Positions 1-11,400 of a stretch of DNA of 64,000 bases are shown in pieces. The stretch lies in assembly GCF_018350175.1 (NCBI RefSeq), contig NC_058374.1, positions 131,440,001 through 131,504,000 of the forward strand, given 5' to 3'. Made by a program: the position numbers and the translations under genes. The notes beneath the pieces were generated by a model, which was not told the DNA's origin, searched no databases, and worked only from the letters and a program-made list of their open reading frames with translations. Every line of letters starts with the position of its first letter. Position 1 is the first letter of the stretch. This DNA is from Felis catus (lineage: Eukaryota).

Positions 1-143
1 GAGAGAGAGGGAGAGAGAATCCCAAGCAGGCTCCGTGCTGTCAGCACAGAGCCCCATGTGGGGCTCGAACCCATGAACCCTGAGATCGTGCCCTGAGCCG
101 AAACCAAGAGCCAGACAAACTGCTGAGCCACCCAGGCGCCCCC
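1..143 (-). mobile_element. CanSINE (partial, cut by window edge)
   Basis: Reverse complement of the tRNA-derived head ggggcgcctgggtggctcag plus the (CT)n region. Confidence 0.9.
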
Positions 144-2881
144 TTTAGGTTCCTTTGTGATAGTGGGGAGGGGCCCAGTGAACTACAAGGCCCTGCTGAG
201 GCCTTCTGGAGCATCCTTGAGCAAAGGGGTTCCCCAGGCTCTTGGCCTGGAGTGACCCAGATGCTCCAGGGACAGGGATACCCCTTTCCTCTTTCAGACC
301 TACCGTCTTCCCTTTTTCCTGGTCTATCCATCCTACTGTCAGCCATCCCACAGGTGCCTCTGAGCAGCCCCGTGCCAGGCTTGGCCCTGCGGTCAGCTCA
401 CAGGCTGGCATGGAACCTACGAGCCGGGAGCTCAGCATGTCAGGGCAGAGCGATGGGAGGGAGGTGGGGCTGAGGTGCCACAGGAGCCCCGCATCTGTCC
501 AAAGGGCTGGGGGTGGGGTCTAATCATGGGAGGCGGCCCTCAGCCTCCAGTCCCTGGAGGAGTCATCCCCCAGCTTGTGTGTGGATCCCACCAGAGGTCC
601 GGAGCACTGCCCAGGAGACCCAGAGCCTCTGGGGTGCTTGGGCTGGACGGGGGTGAACAGGGAAGGAGTGTTCTGTCTCTCGAAGGGTCACCCCCACCCC
701 CATCTCGGGATCAGTGGGACTTCCCAGACCTCGAAGCCACACTTCCACTTCTATTCATGCGGCTGGACACAGCAACTCGTTTGGGTTTCTTTTTTGGCAA
801 CCGCAGCGCACTGCTTAAGTTTGTGGCAGCCACAAGAAGCCCGTCTCTGCTGCCATCCGGCGCTCCCTGCCCCCAGTGTCCGCGCAGGCGGAGAGCACGG
901 GGGCCAGCCCGGGGCCCGGCCTGGCACAGACCTGCCGCAGGCACCTTCTCCCGCCGTCCTCAGAACGGCCTGTAGTGATGGGAAACTGAGACCCGAAGGC
1001 ACACGTTAGGGCCCGAGTCCAACCAGCAGTCCTGGGAGGGGCCGCTCTGTCTCCCCAGCCCTCCCCAGCCCTCCGTTGGACCGCTGTTCCCTGCAGTCAG
1101 GGTTAAGGGCACAGGCTCTCCGGGGCTGTCAGGATCGTGAAGTCCCCCTGCCCCGGCCCCACCCCCGGGTTTCCTTCTGGCAAAGTCGTTCCGGCTCGAG
1201 AAGGCAGGGGGGTTTTCAGAGCCCCCGAGATCATACCACACGCCTAGCTGCTCTGGGCAGAAGCCTCCACTCGGAGCCCAGCACAGATATGACCACGGAC
1301 GAGCAACCTGTCAAAGTGTCTGAAATGCGGCCCCACGGCTGACCCCTGCTAGCACGGCCTCGGCGCCCAGCCACCGGCCTCCCTGCGCAGCCGACGCTAG
1401 ACCGTCCCAGGCTTGCGCAGTCTGTACAGAGGCCCCTGGGCCCCCGGAGCAGCCCCGGGGACGAAGGAGGGGGCAGGGGCCAGCGTTTCTGGAGTCTCCA
1501 AGCAGTGCCATCTGGCACGGCAGGAGAGCACACGGGGGCTCTGGAGCCTGTCAGATCTGCTTTCCAACTTGGCCTCTACCGCTTAACCAGCTTGGGACCC
1601 GGGGCCAGGGGCTCTGGTCTCCTCACCTGTGAAATGGGGACGAGGATACCGACCCCGCCGGAGGATGTGCTGGACCACACGACAATAGGAGCTACTGTCC
1701 CCAAGAAGGCAGGACACACGGCGGGGGGGGGGGGGGGGGGGCACTTAGGCGGAAATGGGGGCAAGGGTCTTTTCATTCCAGACTTCGCAGGCTGAACCCG
1801 CTCTCGCTCTTACTTCACCAAGGACACGGAGGCTCAGGTCAACCGTCTCGTCCACGGTCACCCAGCTAGCGAGAGGCTGAGCCCAGCTGGCCGGCTTCGT
1901 CCACACACACTCAAGCTCTGTTCTAGCTGTCTCTGGGGAGGAAATAAGTGTCCATTGATGCAATGCCTCCACTTGCCATTCAAGTCAGCCCTGTCTCTTG
2001 AGCTCCTGTGACCATGGCACATTGCCAGGCCATACAGGATTCGGCACGAGCGGAGGAGACCCAGCCAAGTCAACAAGCCCTCGGCGATGCAGTGGGAAAA
2101 GGTCTCGTGACCGGAGACGGGGCTGGCCGGTGACCTCCGAAGCCCCCACTTGTGCATTTGCAGTTCTAAAACTACAATCTCGACCTTCACCGATGACACT
2201 GCGGGGTCCAAAAGTCTCTGATGACAACATCCTTCGGAGGGGCGGCCTACGATCCAACCTTTGGGGCGTCCGACCCCCTATGATTCGGCATCCAAGTGTG
2301 CTCGAGCTTAAGTATACCCTAAAATAGACCCCTCACCCGGCCAACAGGCACAGCAGCCCCACCCAGACGAGACAGAGAAGAGGGTCAGACTGGAGGGGAG
2401 CCTGGCGCCCGGTGGGGAGGCCCCAGGCCTCCACTGGGCTGATTATATGGCCCCGGTTGTTTGCAGCCGCTGCTGCTATAGCCCCACGTGTCCTGACCCC
2501 TCTGCAGGCCTGAGCTGGGGCTCAGGCCTGGGCAAGCCTAGGGGGGGAAAAGGGAGAAGCCAGACCTTGCCCTCAGGGACCTTCAGAACAGCTGGGGAAG
2601 TGGACAAGCCCAGACCCAGTGTGTTCCAAGCTGGAGGCAGGGCTGAAACAGGGCGGGGCCACCATATAGCCCAGAGGTTTCCCAGACGGTAAAATTGTGG
2701 TACCTGGTGGCAAGCTGCTGGCTCAGGAGGTTTCAGTTTCCTATTTGTGCACCCATTAGGTTGTGCCCACCGCACAGATGGGGGAAACGGAGCCACCACG
2801 GTGTTCCGGGATCCGGCCGGTGAGGAAGGGGGACGGACAGGCCAGGACTAGAACCCAGGCATTGCAAACCCGAGCCCTACA

Positions 2882-3126
2882 ATTTTTTTTTAATATTTTT
2901 TTTTAACATTTATTTATTTTTGAGACAGAGAGAGACAGAGCATGAACGGGGAAGGGTCAGAGAGAGGGAGACACAGAATCCGAAACAGGCTCCAGGCTCT
3001 GAGCTGTCAGCACAGAGCCTGACGCGGGGCTCGAACTCACGGACCGCGAGATCATGACCCGAGCGGAAGTCAGCTGCCCAACCGACTGAGCCACCCAGGC
3101 GCCCCCCCCCCCCCCCCCCCCCCCCC
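2882..3126 (-). mobile_element. SINEC_Fc-like CanSINE with C25 run at head
   Basis: Full body and T-tail; TSD agccctaca (2873-2881 / 3135-3143). Confidence 0.92.
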
Positions 3127-3725
3127 GCCTCCCCAGCCCTACATTTTAAGCAGCCACGTCTAAGCTGGACTCTGATTTCTCCCTCCATCGAGGCATTCCT
3201 CAAGCCTGCCCTTCCGCTAGAATCCCCACCAGCGGTCTTCCAGTGGAGAACGGGGAGGTGGGCTAGGGAACCTTGTCTGGGATCTCCTCGGGCCAGCTTG
3301 AGCCGTGGGCTCGCAGTTGGGAGGCTCTGACTCCAGCAGCAGCAGCTGGAGGGTCGTCGTTCCCTTCTCCGCCCCTCCCCCACCCACAGCGGGCCTGTCT
3401 GGCTCTCCCTTTAGGGACTGGAGGAGCAGCAGCCAGCGTCCAGTGAGTCCTCCCTGAGTGCCAGACCTCCTCCTCGTCCTCCTCCTTGTGAAGTACCCAG
3501 TCTGCCCACGCACACACGGTAGGGGCTCAAGTAATCCTCAAACTAAGTTAAAACTCGCAACAAAGCAAAGTGCAATGGGCGGGGCCGGACGCTACCTGAT
3601 GCCCCTCCCTCTGCCCCCAGCCCTGGGGCCCCTGATGCCAGAGAGGGTGGGGGTTCAGAGTAAGGAGAACCTACTGTTGCCCAAAGTCTCTCATGTTGTA
3701 TTCACTAACAGTTATGGAGCACTTT

Positions 3726-3953
3726 AAAAAAAAAAAAAAATTTTTTTTTTAACGTTTATTTATTTTGGAGACAGAGAGAGACAGAGCATGAACGGGGCAG
3801 GGTCAGAGACAGAGGGAGACACAGAATCTGAAACAGGCTCCAGGCTCCAAGCTGTCAGCACAGAGCCCGACACGGGGCTCGAACTCACCGACCGCAAGAT
3901 CATGACCTGAGCTGAAGTCAGCCGCTTAACCGACTGAGCCACCCAGGCGCCCC
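3726..3953 (-). mobile_element. SINEC_Fc-like CanSINE
   Basis: Full length; TSD tggagcacttt (3715-3725 / 3954-3964). Confidence 0.93.
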
Positions 3954-4516
3954 TGGAGCACTTTGTTATGGAGCAACTTTGTTTTGGGTGGAGGGCCAAA
4001 GAAATCACTCCTACTGAGTCTGGGGGATCACAGCAGCACCCACATCACTGCCTTCGGAGAGGAAGGGCAAGGACTGAAGAAGCTTGCTGGAAGAAGGGAC
4101 TTTACCGATGGAGGGAGCAGGGTGTCAGGGAGCTCCTCTGGAGGGTGGGGCACCCCCCCTTAAAGGGGCAGCGGGAGTAGGCAGGGTTATCTTGTCCACT
4201 CCTCGGGATGGGCAGGGCCAGGACAGCTGGCCCATCAGGCCAATGAAGACGGCAAGTCCAGAGTTCCCGGGACTTGTCCAAGGGCACAAAGCAGCAAGGT
4301 GGCCCCAGGAATCCAAAGTCCCCAGCCAGTCTCCAGTCGGGAAGCAGGCAGGGGTAACCTTTAGCTCAAGGTAGCCAGGGAATCCTTGGGAGAGGGAACC
4401 CCGGGGGCAGCATCCTTGGGCCGGCCCAGATGGGCCAGTACAGGTTGGAGAGGCCTGTCCTTGGCCTCTGCCTCCTAAGCGTGGAACTCTTTCTCCTTTA
4501 AAAGGGGTGTGAAAGT

Positions 4517-4609
4517 GGGCACCTGGGTGGCTCAGTTGGCGGAGCGCTGGACTCTTGATTTCGGCTCAGGTCGTGGCATTGAGCCCCTGCTTCAGGCTCT
4601 GCGCCATCA

Positions 4610-4659
<50 letters not shown>

Positions 4660-4732
4660 CCTCGTTCTGCCCCTCCCCCTCTTGTGCTGTCTCTTTCTCT
4701 ATCTCTCAAAATAAAGAAACTTAAAAAAAAAA

Positions 4733-4733
<1 letters not shown>
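4517..4733 (+). mobile_element. CanSINE with expanded (CT)n
   Basis: Head, (CT)n of about 20 units, A-tail; TSD gtgtgaaagt. Confidence 0.9.

Positions 4734-4785
<52 letters not shown>
4734..4785. repeat. (TG)26 microsatellite
   Basis: Perfect dinucleotide run. Confidence 0.98.
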
Positions 4786-4789
<4 letters not shown>

Positions 4790-4799
4790 TTATTTAAAC

Positions 4800-5420
4800 C
4801 CACGGCCGGCAGGCCTGCGTGGGGGGCAGGAACCCAGAGGCCACCGCGGGTGGCCGGAGCCGGCTTACCTGCTTCCCGCCACCGGGGTTGGGCGGGGCGG
4901 GGCCGGGGGCGGGGCCGCCACACAACCTGTGGACGACCAGGCGGCCGCCGGCCCGACAGTCGCGGGGACCGGCCGGGGGGCCTGCGGGGGAAGGGGGGCC
5001 CGGAAGCCGGGGACGGGCGAGAAAACAAACTTGGAGAGAGGAGTGACCTGGGGGCTGGGGGCGGAGTCGCGCGCGGAGGAGGAGGAGGGAGCGAGCGGCC
5101 GCCGGAGCGCGGCTGGCCCAGGAAGCGGAGAGCGCCGCCCACCCATCCGGGGAGAGAGCGGCACTGCGGGCGCAGGCAGGCTGGGCCGGGGGCTGCCGGG
5201 CCCTCGCCCCCCCCGCCGCCCCCCGACCGTGACCCCGCGGCCCCCAGCCTGCGCCCAAGATGATGAAGAGGCAGCTGCATCGCATGCGGCAGCTGGCCCA
5301 GACGGGCAGCTTGGGACGGTGAGTGTCAACCCGCGCCTTCCCGGCCCCAAGCTCACCCCCGGCCCCGGACCCTAGGGGATGAGGGGTGGGGGAGGCGGGG
5401 ACGGCTGGACAGCCGCCCTC
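4800..5420 (+). promoter_or_regulatory. SH3BP1 CpG-island promoter
   Basis: Very high CpG density; clustered GGGCGG Sp/KLF boxes at about 4889-4915, upstream of exon 1. Confidence 0.85.
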
Positions 5421-8400
5421 TGACTGGCCGGAGCCCCTCTCTTTCTCCCTCCCCTCTGGGATGCCACCCCCACCTCCCGGGGCTCTGGCCGGAGGGGCTA
5501 GGCCCTTTGGGGGAAAGGGGCACCCCCACCCCGATTGGAGCGGAGTGCAGGGAGGATCAAGGAACCTGGGTCTTCTCTGCCTCCACGGGCCTCTTGAGTG
5601 GATGATCCTCCCTGGCCTCACTTGTCCCCTCTGTACAATGGGGACAGCTGACCATCTCTGGTTGCCTGAGGGAGGGGGAGGGGCGATCAGGGCCCCAGAC
5701 CCTGGGGGAGGGGAGGAGACTAGGTCCCGTCTTGGAGGGCTGAGGGGCCTCCCTTGTCCGGCTGTGTGCCTCTTCCCCCCACCAAGCCCAGAGGCCTCCA
5801 GCTTCTCTCTCTTGCTTCTGCTTTTCCCAGCCTGGACCCAGGTGGAAACATCCCTGGGTCTCTGTTCTCCCTCCCCCCGCCCCACCCCCACCCCCCCGCC
5901 AGCCCCTGAGCCCTTGGGGTGGAAGCCAGAAGTTTGGGGAGCACCCAGGGCCTGTTTTCTCTCCTCTGCCCCCTGTGTTGCGAGTTTCCCCGTTCTCTGG
6001 GCCTCCGGGGAGGGGACTGGGTGTCCAGAGACCTGGCTCTAGTCTTCAGCTACCCAGATGCCTGTGTGAGCCTGGGCAGTCAGGCCCCCTGGCTCCGGGC
6101 CTCAGCGTCCCGTGTGTCCCCGGGCAGGGACCCAGGGCCTGCCGACCACCCCAGGCCAGAGTCCTGCGTGACTGACAGCCCAGGAGTGTGTGAGCTCACA
6201 CACTTCCCGTTCTTGGGGCCACCCTGGCCTCCTTCTCCCCGGGGTCAGCAGAAGACAGAGGCTGGGCCCTGGGGTGGCTTCTCAACTCCACTGCCTTGGG
6301 TTTCATCCGCCCTCTCGCAGGACACAGCCCTGGGTGGAGGAGGAAAAAGTCATGTATCCTATTCCCGCCCCCACGGAATGTGCTCCGACTGGGATGAGGC
6401 AGGCAGGCGGGCCACCCAGGGCGGCCTCCAACGAGGAGGGGCACTGGGAACGATCGGGGTCCAGGTGCCCTGTTGAGGGGGCAGGGGGAGGCAGGGGGTT
6501 TCCTAACCCGGGCCGCCTCAGCAGAAGCTCCTTCCTCCCCCCCGCCCAACAGCACCCCGGAGACGGCCGAGTTCCTGGGGGAGGATCTGCACCAGGTACG
6601 TGCCCGGGCGGGTGGCAGGGCAGGCCCGCGCAAGCTGTCAGCAGAGGGCCCCGCGAGGACGAGGACGCCATTTGGGGGGTCGGGTTGAGTCATTCCCCAA
6701 GCTGTTGGCCATGGGGTCTCCAGGAGGAGGGAAGAGAAAGGTGGTTCCTGCTCTGGGAAAGAACAGGGCGGTGGGGGGGGGGGGGTGAGGGGCAACAACC
6801 TGCCACGCCGCGTAAACCCAGAGCCCCCCTCGCAGGTGGAGCAGCGGTTGGAGCCAGCCAAGCGGGCGGCCCACAATGTCCACAAACGGCTGCAGGCCTG
6901 TCTACAGGGCCAGAGCGGGGCAGACATGGACAAGCGGGTGGTAAGTGGCCGGGGGGGGGGGGGGGGTGGCGGGAAGGAGGGGCCTGGACCGAACACCTCT
7001 GTCCAATGGGAGAGGGAGGTCAGGGCTGGGGTCCCCCTGCTAGTCTGAGCCTCCGACACCAAGAGGGTCCGGACTGCTCTGTCCCAAGACCCCTCGGGCC
7101 ATGTACTGATGAGGCTCTGCCTCTTACCCATCCTCTTTTGGACCCTGCCCCCATCTGCACCAACCCCCTGAGCCCAGGCCAGGCCTCGGACAGCACCTGA
7201 ACTTCTCGATGCAGTCTGCACCCAGAGCAGAGCAGAGCGGGCCCTCTGCACTGAGGCAGTGTGGGAGGGCTTCCTGAAGGAAGTGGCAGTTGGGCAGATA
7301 TTAATACTCACTGGTATTAATCAACAGCATTTGTAGACTGATTACCGCTAGTCTGCGGCTAAGATAGGTTAATGCGTTGCCTCACTTAATTGCCGACGAC
7401 ACCCCCTAGGAGGAGGCTGCCTTATTAGCACTTTGTACCGAGGAGGAAATGAAGTCAGAGAGGTAAAGTCTTAAGGTCACACAGCTAGTAAGTGGCAAAA
7501 CTGAGATTTGATCCCTGGTCTTTCCGGCCCAAGCTGGTGCTCCTAGTAACTCTCAGTGGGAGGGTTTTGAGCTCTGCAGTGACTCAGTCCAGCCACATAT
7601 GCCCTGGGGCAGGGGAAGGTCCCGGCTCCCGGGGTGTTCCCAGTGCCTTCATTCTCCTTCCAACTATGTCACCTTGGGCAAGCACCTTGCCTTCTGTTCT
7701 TGGTTTCCTAGCGTGTGAGGGTACTTGGTCATTCCTTCCTGCCCAGTTGATTGGTTTCTGGGAGGGGAAAAGGGCACCCCAGGTGGGGTGGGGTCAGGGG
7801 ACGGGGCCACAGGGAGATGTCACTCCTCCGGGCCTCGTCATCATCCGGTCTCCACTCCTACCTAAGACTGTGGCCCTCCCGGCTTCCCTCTTCCCCTGTC
7901 CACATCCAGTGCCTCGGTGGGGCTCTGCCCCCCCCCCCCCCGAGAAGGCTGCCTTGTGCTTGGGTGGGGTGGAGGGAGGCTCACTGGGGGCCCCTGCTCA
8001 CAGCCCGCCCTGCCCTTCCTGCAGAAGAAGCTCCCCCTCATGGCTCTGTCCACCACAATGGCCGAGAGCTTCAAGGAGCTGGACCCTGATTCCAGCATGG
8101 GGTGAGCAGGAACGGGGTGCCAAGCGGGGGATCTGGGCTGGGAGGGGTTCCAGGTGAGGGACGGGTGACCAGGATGGGGGTAGTTAGTGTCTTGAGCTGG
8201 GGGCGGGGGGCGGCGGCCAGGTCAGTGAGGGCGGCCAGGTCTGGGAAGGTGTTGGCTCAGCCAAGATGAAGGACAGATAGAAGGGGCAGGGGGTGACGGG
8301 GAGGGAGGAGGCCCCATCACGTGTTTCCGGACGGGAGTGAGGAGCTGTGGGGGCTGGGCCCACCGGTGTTGTATCCACAGGAAGGCCTTAGAGATGAGCT

Positions 8401-11400
8401 GTGCCATTCAGAACCAGCTGGCCCGCATTCTGGCCGAGTTTGAGATGACTCTGGAGAGGGATGTCCTGCAGCCGCTCAGCAGGCTGAGTGAGGTGACCTG
8501 CCCCCTGCCCCCTCCCCGCCCAGCTTGCCCGGCCTCGGCTCCCACCTCCGCAGCCTGCCGACCGACCCCCTCCCTCCCCGTGTACCTGCCCCCAGGAGGA
8601 GCTGCCGGCCATCCTCAAGCACAAGAAAAGCTTGCAGAAGCTGGTGTCTGACTGGAACACCCTGAAGAGCAGGTGGGAGCCATGGTCCCTGGGGGGGGGG
8701 GGGGGTCCATGCCTAGATCAGCCCATAACGGTGGCCCCAGAACCCACACTAGAACAGGGGGGGCAGGGTCCACTGGGTACTGTGTGTACTTGGGGACTCA
8801 TCCGGTCTTTAGGAACACATGTGAGGGTACATGTGAGAGTTCCTCTCTGAACATGGGTGTGCGCGTGCGCGTGCCAGCCGGGGGTGACTCCAGAGCCTGG
8901 GGTAGCTATCAGGGATCCCCCAAGATCCCTGGACTGCAGGATGCCCCCACCCTCCACTCTGGAGCTCGGTGGCCGCGATCACCAAGCCCACCGCCAGGGG
9001 GAGCCCCTGAGCACTCATGGCCCAGGCTGGGCGGAGGCCCAGGGCAAGCAGAGCTCTGGGATGTTCATCCATAAATCCCGAAACCTTGGGGGGTCAGGCA
9101 TGTGGAAGGGACACTTGGCTCTGGACATGCAACGGGGACAGTGACCCTCCCCCCCCACCTTGGGATCGTTGCCAGGCTCACTCAGGCAGCCAAGAACTCG
9201 GGCGGCGGTCAGGGCCTGGGCGGTGGCCCCGGCAGTTACAGCCACACGGCCACCGCCACCAAAGTGGAGACGCTGAAGGAGGAGGAGGAGGAACTGAAGA
9301 GGAAGGTGGAACAGTGCAAGGTGAGCGAGCACTTGGAGTTCCCTGGACGCGAGGGGGTGGCGAGGGCAGGTACTGACCCCATTTCACAGGGGAGGGAACT
9401 GAAGCTCAGAGAGGCGATGTGACTCACCCAAGGCCACACAGCTAGGAAGCAACAGAGCCCAGGATTTGAATCCAGGCCGTCAGCCTCCAAGCTGTGTGCA
9501 CTCGGCCACTATCTTGTGGCCTCTTGTGTCTACACCGTACCCGTCATTCCTGGGAGGCGGGGACTTGGGCTACTCACCACGGTCTCGGTGTGTTTGCTGA
9601 GTGAGCAGAGGAATGAATGGTGACTAAGACAAGCCACCATGCTTAGGGTATGAGGCACAGAGATGAGGACTAGAAGCCGTAAACGTCCCTTAAGAGCCGG
9701 GGTGGCTCAGTCGGTCAAACGTCTGACTCTTGATTTCGACTCAGGTCATGCTCTCGCGGCTCGTGGGTCCAAGCCCCGCATCTGGCTCTGCCCTGACAGT
9801 GCAGAGGCTGCTTGGGATTCTCTCTCTCTGGGACCCTCACCTGCTTGTGCTCTCTCTCTCTCTCTCTCTCTCTCTAAACACACAATATATATGTAAGAGT
9901 TCGAGGGGGGTCCCTGTGGGCCATCCCCAAGTGCAAACCTTGGCAGAGAGAGGAGAGTTGGCCGGGGCGTTCCACGTATAGCTTGGACGAGTCACGAACC
10001 CCTCTAGGCCTCAGCTTCCCCTTTCTGTCCCCAAGGACGAGTACTTGGCCGACCTTTACCACTTCGCCACCAAGGAGGACACATATGCCAACCACTTCAT
10101 CCACGTGAGTCCGAGAGTGGGCTCCGGCCAGTGGAACTCGGGGGTGGACACCAGGGGCCCCCTGAGACACCCTTCAAGATGTGGGAGGGAGGGGTGTGTT
10201 CTTAGGGACTCCGGGGGGGAGGCTCAGCTTCCCTCACCCACCCTGGGGCCACCCCCTTGTCCCCGCAGCTCATGGAGATCCAAGCTGATTACCATCGCAA
10301 GTCTCTGAGCTCGCTGGACACGGCCCTGGCTGAGCTGAGGGAGAACCACAGCCAAGCAGGTGGGGACCCAGGGGACCCCCCCCCCCTGCCCCCAGCCCTG
10401 CTCAGGACATGTTGAGATGCTTGCACTCCATCCTGGGAGGCAGTAGGGAGCCCCGGATGAGTTCTGAGCAGATGCGTTCCGATTCGATTTGTGACTGAGA
10501 AGTCACTCTGCCGTGCGGAGTGATGGAATGAAGGGGAACAGAACAGGAGTCGGGAGACCTTTAAGAGGCAGGAGGGAAGGGGTGATGGCCCGGGCTAGGG
10601 GCGACACAGTGGAGGTGGGTGGATTCGAGAGAGATTGGGCAAAGCAGTAGCCCTTGAGGATGTCTGGGGGTGGGTGGGGTGGGGGTTGGCTGTCCAGGGA
10701 TGGGGGGGAGCCCGGGCCACTGATCTGTCTCGTCCCTGCAGACCCCTCCCCCTCGATGACGGCCGCCCCCTTCTTCAGGGTGTATGGGGTGTCACTGGGA
10801 ACCCATTTGCAAGAGCTGGGCCGGGACATCGCCCTGCCCATCGAGGCCTGCGTCATGATGCTGCTTTCTGAGGGCATGAAGGAAGAGGTGGGGCCCGTGG
10901 GGGCAGGTCGGGAAGGGACACGGGGGCCGGAATCCTTAGAGCACAGGTGCCTGTGAGGCCACGGCCTCCTGTTGCCAAACTGACATCACGGCCCACTGAG
11001 TGATGTTCATGGGCAGCCGCTATGCCATAAACCCTTTCCACGTCTTGCTCCGTTCAGTCATCCCCAAAACCCTGGGAAGGAGCCTTCACCAGCTCCATTT
11101 TACGAGGGAGAGACGGAGGCCAAGAGGAACACGGGCCCAGTGGCACACGAGAAGGTGTCAGTAAAGCCAGGGACCCCCATGCAGTCACTGCCTCGCACTG
11201 TCCTCATCCGTCCCGTGCACCTTGCCGGCGCTGGTCTATAGGCTCCTGCCCCGAGGACAGACCCTTAGACACGGAACCTACTCGCAGAGCGACCTAGGCT
11301 TCTAGACAGTGCTGCCGGGCCTCCTTCCTCCCTTCCGCGCCCACCCAGACGCCTGTGTCCCCACCGCTTTCCCCGCTGCCCCCAGACTTCCCACTTCGCG

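Noticed and set aside
846-1522. CTCF-like motifs (ctgccatccggcgc at about 850; gtgccatctggcac at about 1505)
   Set aside because: Each has two mismatches to the core consensus; not supportable without ChIP data.
4699-7311. Long ORFs of 190-371 aa on both strands (e.g. 4794-5891 -, 6196-7311 -, 6190-7200 +)
   Set aside because: GC-rich, stop-poor CpG-island and intron sequence giving Pro/Gly/Arg low-complexity peptides, often with non-ATG starts and no recognisable domain. Only the 5181-5318 segment has independent support.
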